Origin: Dendrobates tinctorius
Lineage: Eukaryota
Direction: 5' to 3'
DNA: 64,000 nt
Assembly: GCF_039654945.1 (NCBI RefSeq)
Contig: NW_027361790.1
Span: 4,960,001 to 5,024,000, forward strand
This document shows, piece by piece, positions 34,390 to 47,533 of the stretch (positions within the stretch are counted from its first letter, which is position 1; the number at the start of each line of letters is the position of its first letter). The notes below the pieces were generated by a model that made no database searches, was not told the DNA's origin, and was given only the letters and a program-made list of their open reading frames with translations. A program made the translations under genes and the position numbers.

Positions 34390-37300
34390 TGCAGGGGAGC
34401 CAGGGTATCAGTCGTGGTGAGGGGCTTTATCTCTTCCACACCTTGACACTCCGCTACTGTAAAAACAGAATGTCCATTTTGTAATGTGCTGTGTGTGTGC
34501 ACAGCATTCTCCTCCGAGTGCAAGGCTCCTTTTCTTCTCACGCACACACAAACATTGTCAGAGTCTCTATTCATTTTCTGAAAAACTTTATTCAATCCCA
34601 CTGTGACGCAGTGACCCCTGTTACAGCTAGGGGGCGCTGTGTGCGTGCTTCGGGATTCACTTGGAGGCATAATTATGATGGTGAATTAGGGACTGGCATT
34701 ATTGTAAATGGCCGGTATGTGTCGCAGAGGTTCTCTGCGCTGTAAGCACAAAATGATATGGTTATGCTGGGACTTATAGTTCCACAAGTGTTTGTTGTGT
34801 TTACTTATAAGGGGGGCATATAGGATTAGAGAGCTGGGCGGGAATTGACTAACCACACATGTGGGGGGCCCAGCCACGGCTATCGGGGTACTCGGCACCA
34901 GGCCCGTTGATCTCAATGGGAGTTGTCACGGAAGCTGTGACCCGGTCTGTGGCCCTGGCGCTCCATGGCAAAAAAGGGGGTGAAAGAACAATGAAATAGA
35001 ATTGATGAATAGTTTGTGACGCCACCTGTGGTGTTTGGCAAGGGAGATGTTAAGCCGACGCTGCATGCAGATCCTCTGGGACTGGTGGTGTGTTGCAGCC
35101 AAGATGGTGAAGTTCCCCACAGGTGGAGTTGTAGTCCCAGGGCAGTGTGGATGTAGGGGTAGCTGAGAGGCGCGGGCAGTGTAGAAGCTGATACCCTGAT
35201 GTAGCGGTACCAGGCGCTGGAATGAATGGAGGACACCGAGGCTTGTAGTTCCAAAGCTTTACTCACAGTCTGTAGTACACAACGGTGCCCGCCTCCGTGC
35301 CGTGTCCTCCGGGTCAGGGACTCAATCAACCTCCAGGCCAGATGGAATGCTCCCTTCCAACACTCCGCCAACATGTGCCTTTCTGAATGTCTCCTCTTAT
35401 AGCGCCTTTAAGTGTGAAGTACTCCTTGTACTGAGTTACACTGGAGTGCCTCCTGACAGATGTTCCCAAGAACTGTACTTGTACGGCAGACAGCTGTAGC
35501 CTGCTTCGGTGACTCCTTACTCCTGAGTCCCGGCTCACTATTCAAGTTGCTGTTGTGCCCCCAAGTCTTAGATGGGAGTAGTGCATTTACAGCCCACTAC
35601 TCCACCGGTGTCTGCTGCAGGACTATTAGCATCCATACAACCTCGGGGACCGGGCCCCGGCCTTGCGCTTAGAACTTCTAGGCAGGATTCTCCTCTAACC
35701 CACGTCCTCTGTTCCCTTTTACTCCTTCGTTCTGTACTAATCTCTCCTTCTCATGGAAGATCAGGTTTCAGTTCAATGTCTTTCTCCTTCTTTCCTTTCC
35801 CGTGCCAGCTGGCTCAGATCACTGAGGCAGTTGCAGCACTCCTTCCTCCATCCCTCTCCCAGGGATCTTCTTTCCTCACTCCTCTCTGAGTGACTGACTG
35901 AAATTGTAAACCTTCCCACTCTTTTATGTATTCTAAACTCCACCCGCCTGCCAGCACGTTTTGTGTTCCAAGCAGGGAGCCACCAAAGGTGCTCTGCTAC
36001 ACTCCAAGCAGGGAGCCGCAATGTGGCTTTGCTGAACTACCGTGTTGTGTGGGATGCGAGTGTTGGAGCGTGGTTAGGAGCAGCCTCCAACTCACCTGGA
36101 TGGTGGGGTACCACACCTCAGGAAGAGTTGCAGTACCTCTGTGGCAACTGAACCCTCAGGGGCACCACACATGCGCCGCCCATCCATGGGGGTGGTTGCA
36201 ACCATGTAATGTGACTGAGGTCTGGTCACATGGGCAGAGTGTATGGACCTGAATGATTCAGAGTGCTAGGTCCTGGAAGGTCCCGGGTGGGGATGACCTT
36301 CCTGAAGAGCACGTGATGAGACCTTGGACCTGGTGGCCTGGGTGTTGGACGACCGTCCTAAATAGCACCCGGGCAGGCCACATGTGTGTGCAGAACCTAG
36401 GACGGCCCTACACTGAGAAAGATGCCATCCTGTTGATGACCTTGGACTGACGAGGAGTCAGCCTGTGGAGCTGGAGCTCCTGAGAGGTAACCCCAGGTAT
36501 GGGGAAAGAACTATGTGCAATGACAATGGTCAGTTACTGAACTGTGCAGTCACCCGGTGACTGGAGAGAGTCAGGCGTAACTAGTGAATGCTTTGTAAAG
36601 CCACACATGATAAAGTAATGGACTATGTGTAAGCTGGTGATGTGCAACCTAGCTTACGGTGCGGTTCATGACGTTTAAATAAACCGTATTGACTGTGTGA
36701 AAATCCGTGCCTGACTATGTTAATCCACTGCCAAGTGAGTGTTGCCCAACACACACAGTAAGCGTTACGCTACACCACGTACAGCAGTTACAGTCCAGTA
36801 TTTTCCGCATGACACAGAAACTTCCTTCTCTAGACTCTCCATAATACTGTCTTCTGGCACAAGATCTGGTTTCCAGGTACCCAGAACCACAGCTAACTGA
36901 GATGACGGTCCCTCTTCTTCCAGGGGCTCCCCGTTCCTCCCATTTCAGAAACGTTTTGGTAGTGGCCCAAAGCCTCGCCATTTGTTCCCTCAGGCTGCCC
37001 AGTCCCACTTGTTTCCTGTCGACAGTTTCCATCTCTGTAGTCCGAGCCTTCACTTCACTGTGTCTCCCCCTCTGGCACTGCTTCACTTCATTTCACTTTT
37101 CCTCACAACTTTTTTTAGAACAATCCAGTTACCTCAGAACTAACTCCTCGCACTAGCTAGCTTCCTATTGGGTTAAACATTTAACTATTACGACTCTGGC
37201 TTAAACCAGTTAACTATCTTATCTTACATCTAAATCTACATCCCTGCCTCTATAGTGCCCCGACTGCACTATACTTCACATAACCTCATACTATGCTAAA

Positions 37301-39066
37301 CATTAGGCCTAACTATGTTGTTAACTGTCCCTACCTTAATCCCTAACACAATACAGGTATATAAACATTGCATCACATGTAAAAGTATACTATAAATGAC
37401 ATATACACATAAGCACATTAGTAAAACATCCACAGCGTACCCGGTTTGATCCAGCAGGTATGCATCGAGGTGCAGGGGTGAAATCAGCCACCTGCACACC
37501 CCTTACATACCTCCTTTCTAAAACCATGTTCGTCCCTGACCATGTGATACCGGTAAAAGCATCAGCAATATAAACATTAGAATAAGTACAAGAATATGGA
37601 AAGACATTATTAAAACATTAATAACGTTGACAACTATTATACATTATATAAAGAACCTTGCTCCAGTCCACCACGTTTGACCCTACTACAGGTCAGGACT
37701 AGTACCGATCCCACTTCTTTGGGACCCCAGAGCAAACAGTTCAGTTCACACCAGCTCACAGTCATGTAAGCACAGTCCCTGTATATTCCGGCCGCTCCTT
37801 CCCTTCAGCGTTGGTCTCCATCTGCTCCTCAGGAATGCGCTGTAGGAGGTGGGATTTCTTTTTCCTTCACTGCAGGCAGGCACTGCTCACTAGGGGATGG
37901 GGCCGTGGCACAAGGCACCCTCCCCGCCAACCTGATTTTCGCGCCATTTTCTTCCTATGATGCCCACGATGGGCGAAGCTATCGCCAGCCTCCGCACCAT
38001 TTTCTGCCCTGTTAGTACTCATGGCCGCCATCTTTGCCGCTTCCCATAACGGGTTTTCTCCATTTTTCAAGCACATAAAGTCCTTATCCTGCCGACTATG
38101 CCACTTTGCAATAGGGGCCAGGGTGTCATTCGTGGCGAGGGGCTTTAATTCTTCCACATCCTGATGCTCCGCTACTGTAAAATCAGAATGTCCATTTTGT
38201 AATGTACTGTGTGTGTTAGTGGTTTTACCCACCTGAGGGCCAGCATTCTCTTCAGAAGACAGGGTTCTTTTTCTTCTTATGCACACACAAATATTGTCAG
38301 AGTCTCTGTTCATTTTTTGCAAAACTTTACTTAATTCAAACTTGCAGCAGTTGCAGTCCAGTATTTTCCACATGACATAGAAACTTCCTTCTCTAGACTC
38401 TCCATAATACTGTTTTCTGGCACAAGATCTGGTTCCCAGGTACCCAGTACCACAGCTAACTAAGATGACGGTCCCGCTTCCTCCAGGGGCTCCCCGTTCC
38501 TCTTCCATTTCAGAAACGTCTCGGGAGTTGCCCAAAAGCCTCGCCATTTGTTCCCTCAGGCTGCCCAGTCCCACTTGTTTCCTGTCGACAGTTTCCATCT
38601 TTTCTGTAATCCGAGCCTTCACTTCACTGTGTCTCCCCCTCTGGCACTGCTTCAGTTCATTTCACTCTTTTCCTCACAACAATCCAGTTACCTCAGAACT
38701 AACTCCTCCCACTAGCTAGCTTCCTATTGGGTTAAACATTTAACTATTACTACTCTGGCTAAAACCAGTTAACTATCTTATCTTACATCTAAATCTACAT
38801 CCCTGCCTCTATAGTGCCCCCACTGCACTATACTTCACATAACCTCATACTATGCTAAACATTAGGCCTAACTATGTTGTTAACTGTCCCTACCTTAATC
38901 CCTAACACAATACAGGTATATAAACATTACATCACATGTAAACTTATACTATAAATGACATATACACAAATGCACATTAGTAAAACATCCACAGCTTACC
39001 CAGTTTGATCCAGCAGACATGCATCGAGGTCCAGGGGCGAAATCAGACACCTGCACACCCCTTACA
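34390..39066 (-). mobile_element. Non-autonomous LTR retroelement: 5' LTR 38107-39066, PBS 38086-38103, about 600-bp internal region, PPT, 3' LTR 34390-37507 (interrupted)
   Basis: Both LTRs run TGTAAGGG...TGCA on the minus strand; PBS TGGCATAGTCGGCAGGAT (tRNA-Ser 3' complement with one mismatch); PPT AGAAAGGAGGTA before the 3' LTR; no TSD seen. Confidence 0.85.
34602..36774. mobile_element. LTR-derived insertion within the 3' LTR, itself containing nested LTR fragments
   Basis: TGTGAC...CTACA with 4-bp TSD CCAC at 34598-34601 and 36775-36778. Confidence 0.75.
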
Positions 39067-40424
39067 GGCTTTTCTATAGTATAATGCACTCTCCATTGTC
39101 CTCAATATAGTATACTGCACTCCGCATAGGCCTCTATATAGTACAATGCACTCCACATAGGCCTCTATATAGTAAAATACACTGCCCATAGGTCTCCACA
39201 TAGTATAATACATTCCCCATAGGCCCCATATAGTATAATGCAGTCCCCTTAGGCCTCCATATAGTATGCTGCACTTCCCATAGGCCTATATATAGCACAG
39301 TGCACTCCCCATGGGTCTCTACATAGTATAATGAACTCCAAATAGGCCTCTATATAGTATAATGCACTCCCCATAGGGCTCTATAAAGTATAATGCACTC
39401 CCATAGACCTTTATACAGTACTAGATGGTGGCCCAATTCTATTGCATCGGGTATTCTAGAGTCTCTGTTAAAATAAAAAATAGTTATATACTCACCTTCC
39501 GATGGCCCCCGGACTCTTTCTCTCCTCTCCACGCTCCCGGCATCTTCCGGTTCCAGTAATGCTTTGCGCGAAACACCACTGATGATGTCGCGCTCTCGCG
39601 AGAGTGATGCCATCTTCAGCCCTTCTCGCTAAGCATTACTGGACCCGGAAGATGCCAGGCGCGTGGTGAGAGGAGGGACAGAGTCCGGGGCCGTCGGAAG
39701 GTGAGTATATAACTATTTTTTATTTTAACAGACTCTAAAATACCCAATGCGATAGAATCGGGCCACCATCTAGTGTATTATACTCCTGTTACACCCGGAG
39801 GTGCTGTCACTGTTCTGCTGTTACCTAATGTATTGTACTCCAGTTACAGACAGAGCTGCAGTCACTGTTCTGCTGTTAGCTAATGTGTTGTACTCCAGTT
39901 CCACCCAGAGCTGCTGTCACTGTTCTGCTGTTATCTAATGTATTGTACTCCAGTCACTCCCAGAGCTGCAGTCACTGTTCTGCTTTTACCTAATGTATTG
40001 TAGTCCAGTTACACCCAGAGCTGCAGTCACCATTCTGCTCTTACCTAATGTATTTTACTCCTGTACAGCCAGAGCTGCGGTCACTGTTCAGATCTTCCCA
40101 AATGTATTGTACTCAAGTTACACCCAGAGCTGCAGTCACTGTTTGGCTGTTACCTAATGTATTGTACTCCAGTTACACCCAGATCTGCAGTCACTGTTCT
40201 CCTGTTACCTAATGTACTCCTGTTACACCCAGATCTGCAGTCACTGTTCTCCTGTTAACTAATGTACTCCTGTTACACCCAGAGCTGCAGTCACTGTTCT
40301 GCTGTTACCTAATGTAGTGTACTCCAGTTACACCCAGATCTGCAGTTACTGTTCTGCTCTTACCTAATGTACTCCTGTTACACCCAGAGCTGCAGTCTCT
40401 GCTCTGCTGTTACCTAATGTAGTG

Positions 40425-43400
40425 TGTTATGAACTCATTTTCGGCTCCACCAGTTGAGAGTTCCCCTCCCGTTCTCCCTCTGGTGGTGACAGGAGGAAGT
40501 GAGGTTGGTTTAAGTGGTAGTTATCTGCCACCTGATGAGGAAGATAACGATAGGATCTCTGGAGTATCAGACTGGATATAAGACAGCCGATACCCAATCC
40601 TAGTGCTGGTGAATCAGTCTGCTTCTCAGGGCCTGGACTTCAGCTCTCTTCTAGTCTTGTTAAGTTTGTTTTTTGCTTATGTTCACACTTGCGCTTGTTT
40701 GTCAGTTCAGTTTTTTGTGTCATCAGCCTGCCCCTGCTGGGGCTATGCTGAATTTCCACTCCTATGTATCAGTATTTGCCAAGCTGCTTTTTGTCCCTTA
40801 TTGGATTGGCCTCTTTTTGCTCTGTCTCAGAATATTTCAGAGTGCTGATATAGGTGTAGAAGTCTAGTGACTTCAGGGTTAATTTTGTTATCAGAAGTGT
40901 TGGACAATATTTTTGTAGATTTTTTAGGCAGATTGCAGACAGTGTCTTTCCTTTCCTGTCCTGTTTAGTTAGCCGGGCCCCATCGTTTGCTCAGCTTATT
41001 TTCCTGCCTTTGTTTGTAATTTCATCTTGTTTCACCGTCAATACATGTGGGGGGCTGTCTTTCCTTTGGGGTCTGCTCTGGGGCAGTTAGTTTTCCTCTT
41101 TCTCTGCTTTAGGCTTATGTAGCTCTCCGGTTGTGACGAGGCGTCTAGGAACATCGTAGGAACGCTCCACGACTACTGCTAGTTGTGCGGTTAAGTTCAG
41201 GGATCTGCAATCTGCATAGTTACCAACTTCTCTGGTTTTCTGAGACTTTGCTTGTTGTTTATTTTTTCCTCCTCGGTGATCCATTCATAACAGAATCACC
41301 AGCCATACCGCAGATTCTATGGTACTCAAAAGCAGGAAGGAATTGTTAAAGAAAAAGAAAAAAAAAGTGTCAGAATTTTTTTTTTTTTTTTATGTATTTT
41401 TTCCTCTGGGGCCGTAGGAGGATTTTTTTTTCCTCATGGAGATTAAGCAACTGTCTGATCGTGTGGAGCAGCTTGCTGCTGAAGAACAGGGAATTTCCGC
41501 CTACCTTATTCAGTCACATGCTGCTGAACCCAAGATTCCTACTCCTGATGTGTTTTCTGGGGATCGGTCTAAATTTCTGAATTTTAAGAATAATTGTAAA
41601 TTATTTCTTGCTTTGAAGCCTAACTCATCGGGGAGCTCTGGGCAGCAGGTTAAAATTGTCATCTCCTTGCTGCGCGGCGATCCCCAAGATTGGGCTTTTT
41701 CTCTGACACCTGAAAATCCTATTCTGACTAATGTGGATGCATTTTTTCAGGCCTTGGGGTTGTTATATGATGAACCTAATGCTGTTGATCAAGCTGAGAG
41801 AACCTTGTTGGCATTAAACCAGGGTCAGGATCCTGCAGAGTTGTACTGTCAAAAATTCCAAAAGTGGGCGGTCCTTACTACATGGAACGATAGTGCATTG
41901 GCAGCTCTCTTTCGGAAAGGTTTGTCAGAGACCGTAAAAGATATGATGGTGGGATTTCCTGTTCCCTCTGGTCTGGATGGCTCTATGTCATTAGCCATTC
42001 AAGTTGATCGGCGTTTACATGAACGTAAAACTACACGGGAGGCGCTGCCACCTTTTGAACAAATGTCTGAACCTGTGCAATGTGATGGGGTTTTGTCTAG
42101 GGCGCAACGTCAGGAGTTTAGAAGGCGTAATAAGCTGTGTTTTTTCTGTGGAGATGCCTCTCATACTATTTCTGTCTGCCCTAAACAAGAGAAACGTTTT
42201 GCACACACATTTGCTGTGGGCAGTGTACAACCTAAGTTCCTTTTGGCAATTTCTCTGATCTGCTCCTTGTCCACATTTTCCACTAAGGCTTTTGTGGATT
42301 CAGGAGCAGCTCTGAATCTGATGGATTTGGACTTTGCTAAACGTTGTGGTTTTTCCATGACGCCTCTGCAGACGCCTATTCCTTTGAGGGGTATTGATGC
42401 CACTCCTTTGGCGGAGAATAAACCTCAGTTTTGGACCCAGGTGATAATGCGAGTGGCCCCAGACCACCAAGAAAAGTGTAAATTTTTGGTGCTGCATAAT
42501 TTGCATGATACTATTGTTCTGGGGTTCCCCTGGTTGCAAACTCATAACCCAGTTTTGAATTGGAAATCTGTGTCTGTGGTGAGTTGGGGTTGTCTGTGTG
42601 TTCTTAAGGACGCTCCTGTTTCTCCACCTCTCCTCAGTCTCATGATATTACTGATTATCTAGCTGATTTCTCTGATGTATTTAGTGAGAGTAAGTCTGCG
42701 TCTTTGCCTCCTCATAGGAGTTATGACTGTGCAATTGAGTTGATGCCTGGGTGTAAATTTCCCAAGGGTCAGCTTTTCAACTTATCTGTACCCGAACATG
42801 ATGCTATGCGATCCTATATTAAGGAATCGTTGGAGAAGGGTCATATTAGACCATCCTCGTCACCTTTAGGCGCTGTTTTTTTTGTGGCCAAGAAAGACGG
42901 TTCATTAAGACCGTGTATTGATTATTGTTCCCTTAACAAGATGACGGTTAAATATCAGTACCCGTTACCTCTGATGTCTGATTTATTCTCCAGAGTTAAG
43001 AGTGCCTGCTGGTTTACTAAGCTTGACCTCAGGGGGGCGTATAATCTTATTCACATCAAGCACGGGGATGAATGGAAGACGGCGTTTAATACTCCGGAGG
43101 GACATTTTGAGTACCTGGTGATGCCTTTTGGGCTCTCTAATGCCCCTTCTGTCTTCCAGTCCTTTATGAATGATATTTTCCGAGACTTTGTGGATAAGTT
43201 TTTGATCATCTATCTGGATGATATTTTGGTCTTTTCTAGTGATTGGGATTCCCATGTGGAACATGTCTGGACTGTGTTCCGGATTTTGAGGGAGAATTCC
43301 CTGTTTGTTAAGGGATCGAAGTGCCTCTTTGGTGTACAGAGGATTTCATTTTTGGGATTTATCTTGTCTCCATCGACTATTGAAATGGACCCGGCCAAGG

Positions 43401-46359
43401 TACAGGCCATTTATGATTGGGTTCAGCCTACTTCTTTGAAGGCTCTCCAGAAGTTTTTGCGTTTTTCTAATTTCTATAGTAAATTTATAGGTAATTTTTC
43501 TAGTATTGTCAAACCACTGACTGATCTGACCAAGAAGGGAGCTGATGTGTTGAATTGGTCTCCTGAGGCTGTCTCAGCATTTCAGGAGCTTAAGCGGAGA
43601 TTTACTTTAGCTCCAGTTTTACAGCAACCTGATATCTCACTTCCATTTCAAGTGGAGGTGAACGCTTCTGAGATTGGTGCAGGAGCTGTTTTGTCCCAAA
43701 AAGACCCTGTGACTTCTAAGATGAATCCCTGTGCCTTCTTTTCTCGAAAGTTCTCCCCATCTGAACGCAACTATGAGGTGGGGAATCAGGAATTGTTGGC
43801 CATGAAATGGGCATTTGAGGAGTGGAGACATTGGTTGGAGGGAGCTAGACATCAATTTGTGGTCCTCACTGATCACAAGAATCTGGTTTATCTGGAGTCG
43901 GCCAAACGCTTGAATCCTAGACAGGGTAGATGGGCCTTGTTTTTCACGCATTTTAATTTTGTGGTCTCTTTTCTTCCGGGCACTAAGAATGTTAAGGCAG
44001 CCGCCCTTTCTAGGAGTTTCTTTGCTGATTCTCTTAATGTGACCGAGCCTACTACTATCCTAGGTGAGGGGGTAGTTCTTTCTGCCATTTCGCCCGATTT
44101 GAGACGCGCCCTGGAGGAATTTCAGGAGGATAAACCTGAGCGTTGCCCTATGGGAAGATTGTATGTTCCTGACCAGTGGAGAAAGAGAGTGATGTCTGAA
44201 GTCCATTGGTCCGGTCCGCATTGGCTGGTCATCCGGGTATTTTTGGTACCAGAGATTTGGTGAGTCGGTCGTTTTGGTGGCCTGCCTTATCTCGTGATTT
44301 CAGGAATTTTGTACAGTCCTGTGGGACTTGTTCTCGGTCTAAACCCTGTTCTCGTTCTAGTGGGTTGCTGATGCCCCTGCCGATGCCCAAGAGACCATGG
44401 ACCCATATCTCAAAGGATTTTATTTCTGATCTTCCTGTCTCTCAGAGAATGACTGTTATCTGGGTGATTTGTGATAGATTTTCGAAAATGGTCCATCTTG
44501 TACCACTCCCAAAGTTGCCATCTTCCGCTGAGTTGGTGCCCTTGTTTTTACAACAGGTGGTTCGGTTACACGGGATTCCTGAGAACATTGTGTCCGGTAG
44601 AGGGGTACAGTTTGTTTCCAGATTCTGGAAAGCCTTTTGTTCCAATCTGGGAATTCAGTTATCCTTCTCCTCCGCGCTTCATCCCCAGACCAATGGGCAG
44701 ACTGAGAGAACAAACCAGACCCTGGAGTCTTATTTAAGATGTTTTATATCTGCTGATCAAGATGATTGGGTCTCATTTTTGCCCTCGGCCGAATTTGCGC
44801 TGAACAATAGAGCTAGTTCTGCCACTCTGATGTCACCCTTTTTCTGTAATTTTGGGTTTCATCCTCGATTCTCTTCAGGGCAAGTGGAATCTTCGTCCTG
44901 CCCAGGTGTGGACACTGTGGTTGTGAGAATGCAGCAGATACGGGACCAAGTGGTGGATAAGTTGTCACTCTCTCCGGAAAAGGCCCAGCGTTTTTCCAAC
45001 CGGCGTAGGACCATTGGTCCTCGGTTTAAAGTGGGTGATATAGTTTGGTTGTCGTCTAAGAATATTCCTATGAAGGTTGCATCTCCAAAATTTAAGCCAA
45101 GATTTATTGGACCTTTTAAGATTTTGGAGATTCTTAATCCTGTTTCTTTTCGATTGGCTCTTCCAGTTACGTTCAAAATCCATAACGTATTTCACAAGTC
45201 ACTGTTGAAGAGGTTTGTTGAGCCAGTAGTTCCTGTGGCGGCACCTCCTGATCCTGTATTAGTTAAAGGAAACGTGGAATATGAGATAGAGAAAATATTG
45301 GATTCTCGTTTGGATAGACGGAGACTCCAGTATTTGGTCAAATGGAAGGGTTATGGCCAGGAGGATAATTCTTGGGTCTCTGCCTCTGATATTCATGCCA
45401 ATAAATTGGTTCGTGCTTTTCACCGGGCCCATCCTGATCGGCCTGGTGGCATGGATGAGGGTTCGGTGACCCCTCAAGGGGGGGTACTGTTATGAACTCA
45501 TTTTCGGCTCCACCAGTTTAGAGTTCCCCTCCCGTTCTCCCTCTGGTGGTGACAGGAGGTAGTGAGGTTGGATTAAGTGGTAGTTATCTGCCACCTGATG
45601 AGGAAGATAACGATTGGCTCTCTGGAGTATCAGACTGGATATAAGACAGCCGACGCCCTATCCTAGTGCTGGTGAATCAGTGTGCTTCTCAGGTCCTGGA
45701 CTTCAGCTCTCTTCCAGTCTTCTCAAGTTAAGTTTGTTTTTTTGCTTATGTTCACACTTGCGCTTGTTTGTCAGTTCAGTTTTTTGTGTCATCAGCCTGC
45801 CCCTGCTGGGGCTATGCTGAATTTCCACTCCTATGTATCAGTATTTGCCAAGCTGCTTTTTGTCCCTTATTGGATTGGCCTCTTTTTGCTCTGTCTCAGA
45901 ATATTTCAGAGTGCTGATATAGGTGTAGAAGTCTAGTGACTTCAGGGTTAATTTTGTTATCAGAAGTGTTGGACATTATTTTTGTAGTTTTTTTTTGGCA
46001 GATTGCAGACAGTGTCTTTGCTTTCCTGTCCTGTTTAGTTAGCCGGGCCCCATCGTTTGCTCAGCCTATTTTCCTGCCTTTGTTTGTAATTTCATCTTAT
46101 TTCACCGTCAATACATGTGGGGGGCTGTCTTTCCTTTGGGGTCTGCTCTGGGGCAGTTAGTTTTCATCATTTCCTACTTTAGGCTTATGTAGCTCTCCGG
46201 TTGTGATGAGGCGTCTAGGAACATCGTAGGAACGCTCCACGACTACTGCTAGTTGTGCGGTTAAGTTCAGGGATCTGCAATCTGCATAGTTACCAATTTC
46301 TCTGGTTTTCTGAGACTTAGCTTGTTTATATTTTCCTCCTCGGTGACCCATTCATAACA
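40425..46359 (+). mobile_element. Full-length Ty3/Gypsy chromovirus (Sushi-like) LTR retrotransposon
   Basis: LTRs 40425-41292 and 45488-46359 (TGTTATGAA...TTCATAACA); PPT AAGGGGGGGTAC; flanking duplication GTAGTG. Confidence 0.97.
41436..45495 (+). pseudogene. gag-pol polyprotein (gag, CCHC knuckle, protease, RT, RNase H, integrase, chromodomain) with two frameshifts
   Basis: CFFCGDASHTISVC; FVDSGA; YLDD; TDHKNL; HPQTNGQTER; YEIEKILDSR...YLVKWKGYGQEDNSWV. Frameshifts near 42640 and 44210; integrase IVSDRG has become IVSGRG. Confidence 0.95.
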
Positions 46360-47088
46360 GTAGTGTACTCCAGTTACACCCAGAGCTGCTGTCACTGTTC
46401 TGCTTTTCCTAATGTATTCTAGTCCAGTTACACCCAGAGCTGCAGTCACCATTCTGCTCTTACCTAATGTATTATACTCCTGTTACAGCCAGAGCTGCAG
46501 TCACTGTTCAGATCTTACCAAATGTTTTGTACTCAAGTTACACCCAGAGCTGCAGTCACTGTTCAGCTGTTACCTAATGTATTGTGCTCCAGTTACACAC
46601 AGATCTGCAGTCACTGTTCTCCTGTTACCTAATGTACTCCTGTTATACCCAGATCTGCAGTCACTGTTCTCCTGTTAACTAATGTACTCCTGTTACACCC
46701 AGAGCTGCAGTCACTGTTCTGCTGTTACCTATTGTAGTGTACTCCAGTTACATCCAGATCTGCAGTCACCGTTCTGCTCTTACCTAATGTATTATACTCC
46801 TGTTACAGCCAGAGTTGCAATCACTGTTCTGCTCTTACCTAATGTATTGTACTCCAGTTACACCCAGATCTGCAGTCACTGTTCTGCTGTTACCTAATGT
46901 ACTCCTGTTACACCCAGAGCTGCAGTCACTGTTCTGCTCTTACCTAATGTATTGTACTCCAGTTACACCCAGATCTGCAGTCACTGTTCTGCTCTTACCT
47001 AACGTATTGTATATGTACAGGACTGTGCCTGTGTAATGAGCGACGCAGCAGTGATGCCTTTAACGGCTGTAACGTGCCTGTACATTAA

Positions 47089-47533
47089 AGGGAATCTGTC
47101 ACCCCTTTTTTGAGATATCATATAATGATAACATTCAATTGTGTGTCACATAAGGATTCTCTTAGTACTTTTGCTTCCCCCTGACCCTGCACCTTTCATG
47201 CATAAATACCTTGTTTATATCGGTTCACATGTATGTAAACTGCCGCTTTCCTGTCCGCTGGGCGGGGCTTATTCACCTGCTCCCCCCTCCCTGTCTTGCT
47301 CTATGCATTTCTTCTTGTGTAGAGCAAGACAGGGAGGGGGGAGCAGTTGAATAAGCCCCGCCCATTGGACCGGACCGTGGCAGTTTACATATATCTGAAC
47401 CGATATCAAAAAGGTATTTATGCATGAAAGGTGCGGGGTCAGGGGGAAGCAAAAGTACTAAGAGAATCCTTATGTGACACACAATTGAATGATATCATTA
47501 TATGATATATCAAAAAAGGGTGACAGATTCCCT
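47089..47533. mobile_element. T2/Kolobok-type palindromic MITE
   Basis: TTAA|AGGGAATCTGTCACCC...GGGTGACAGATTCCCT|TTAA; near-perfect 445-bp palindrome. Confidence 0.9.

Larger units (their letters stand above)
39780..47010. repeat. 55/49-bp minisatellite (39780-40424 and 46360-47010) split by the Gypsy insertion
   Basis: Unit CAGTTACACCCAGAGCTGCAGTCACTGTTCTGCTGTTACCTAATGTATTGTACTC. Confidence 0.92.

Noticed and set aside
38086-38103. tRNA-Ser fragment
   Set aside because: Only the 18-nt 3' end including CCA is present, next to an LTR, so it is a primer-binding site.
41436-45495. Domesticated PEG10/RTL1-like host gene
   Set aside because: It has paired LTRs, PPT, TSD, frameshifts and a mutated integrase Asp, so it is a decaying retrotransposon.
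47141-47482. Pair of near-identical 69-aa ORFs on opposite strands
   Set aside because: Mirror images from a palindromic MITE.
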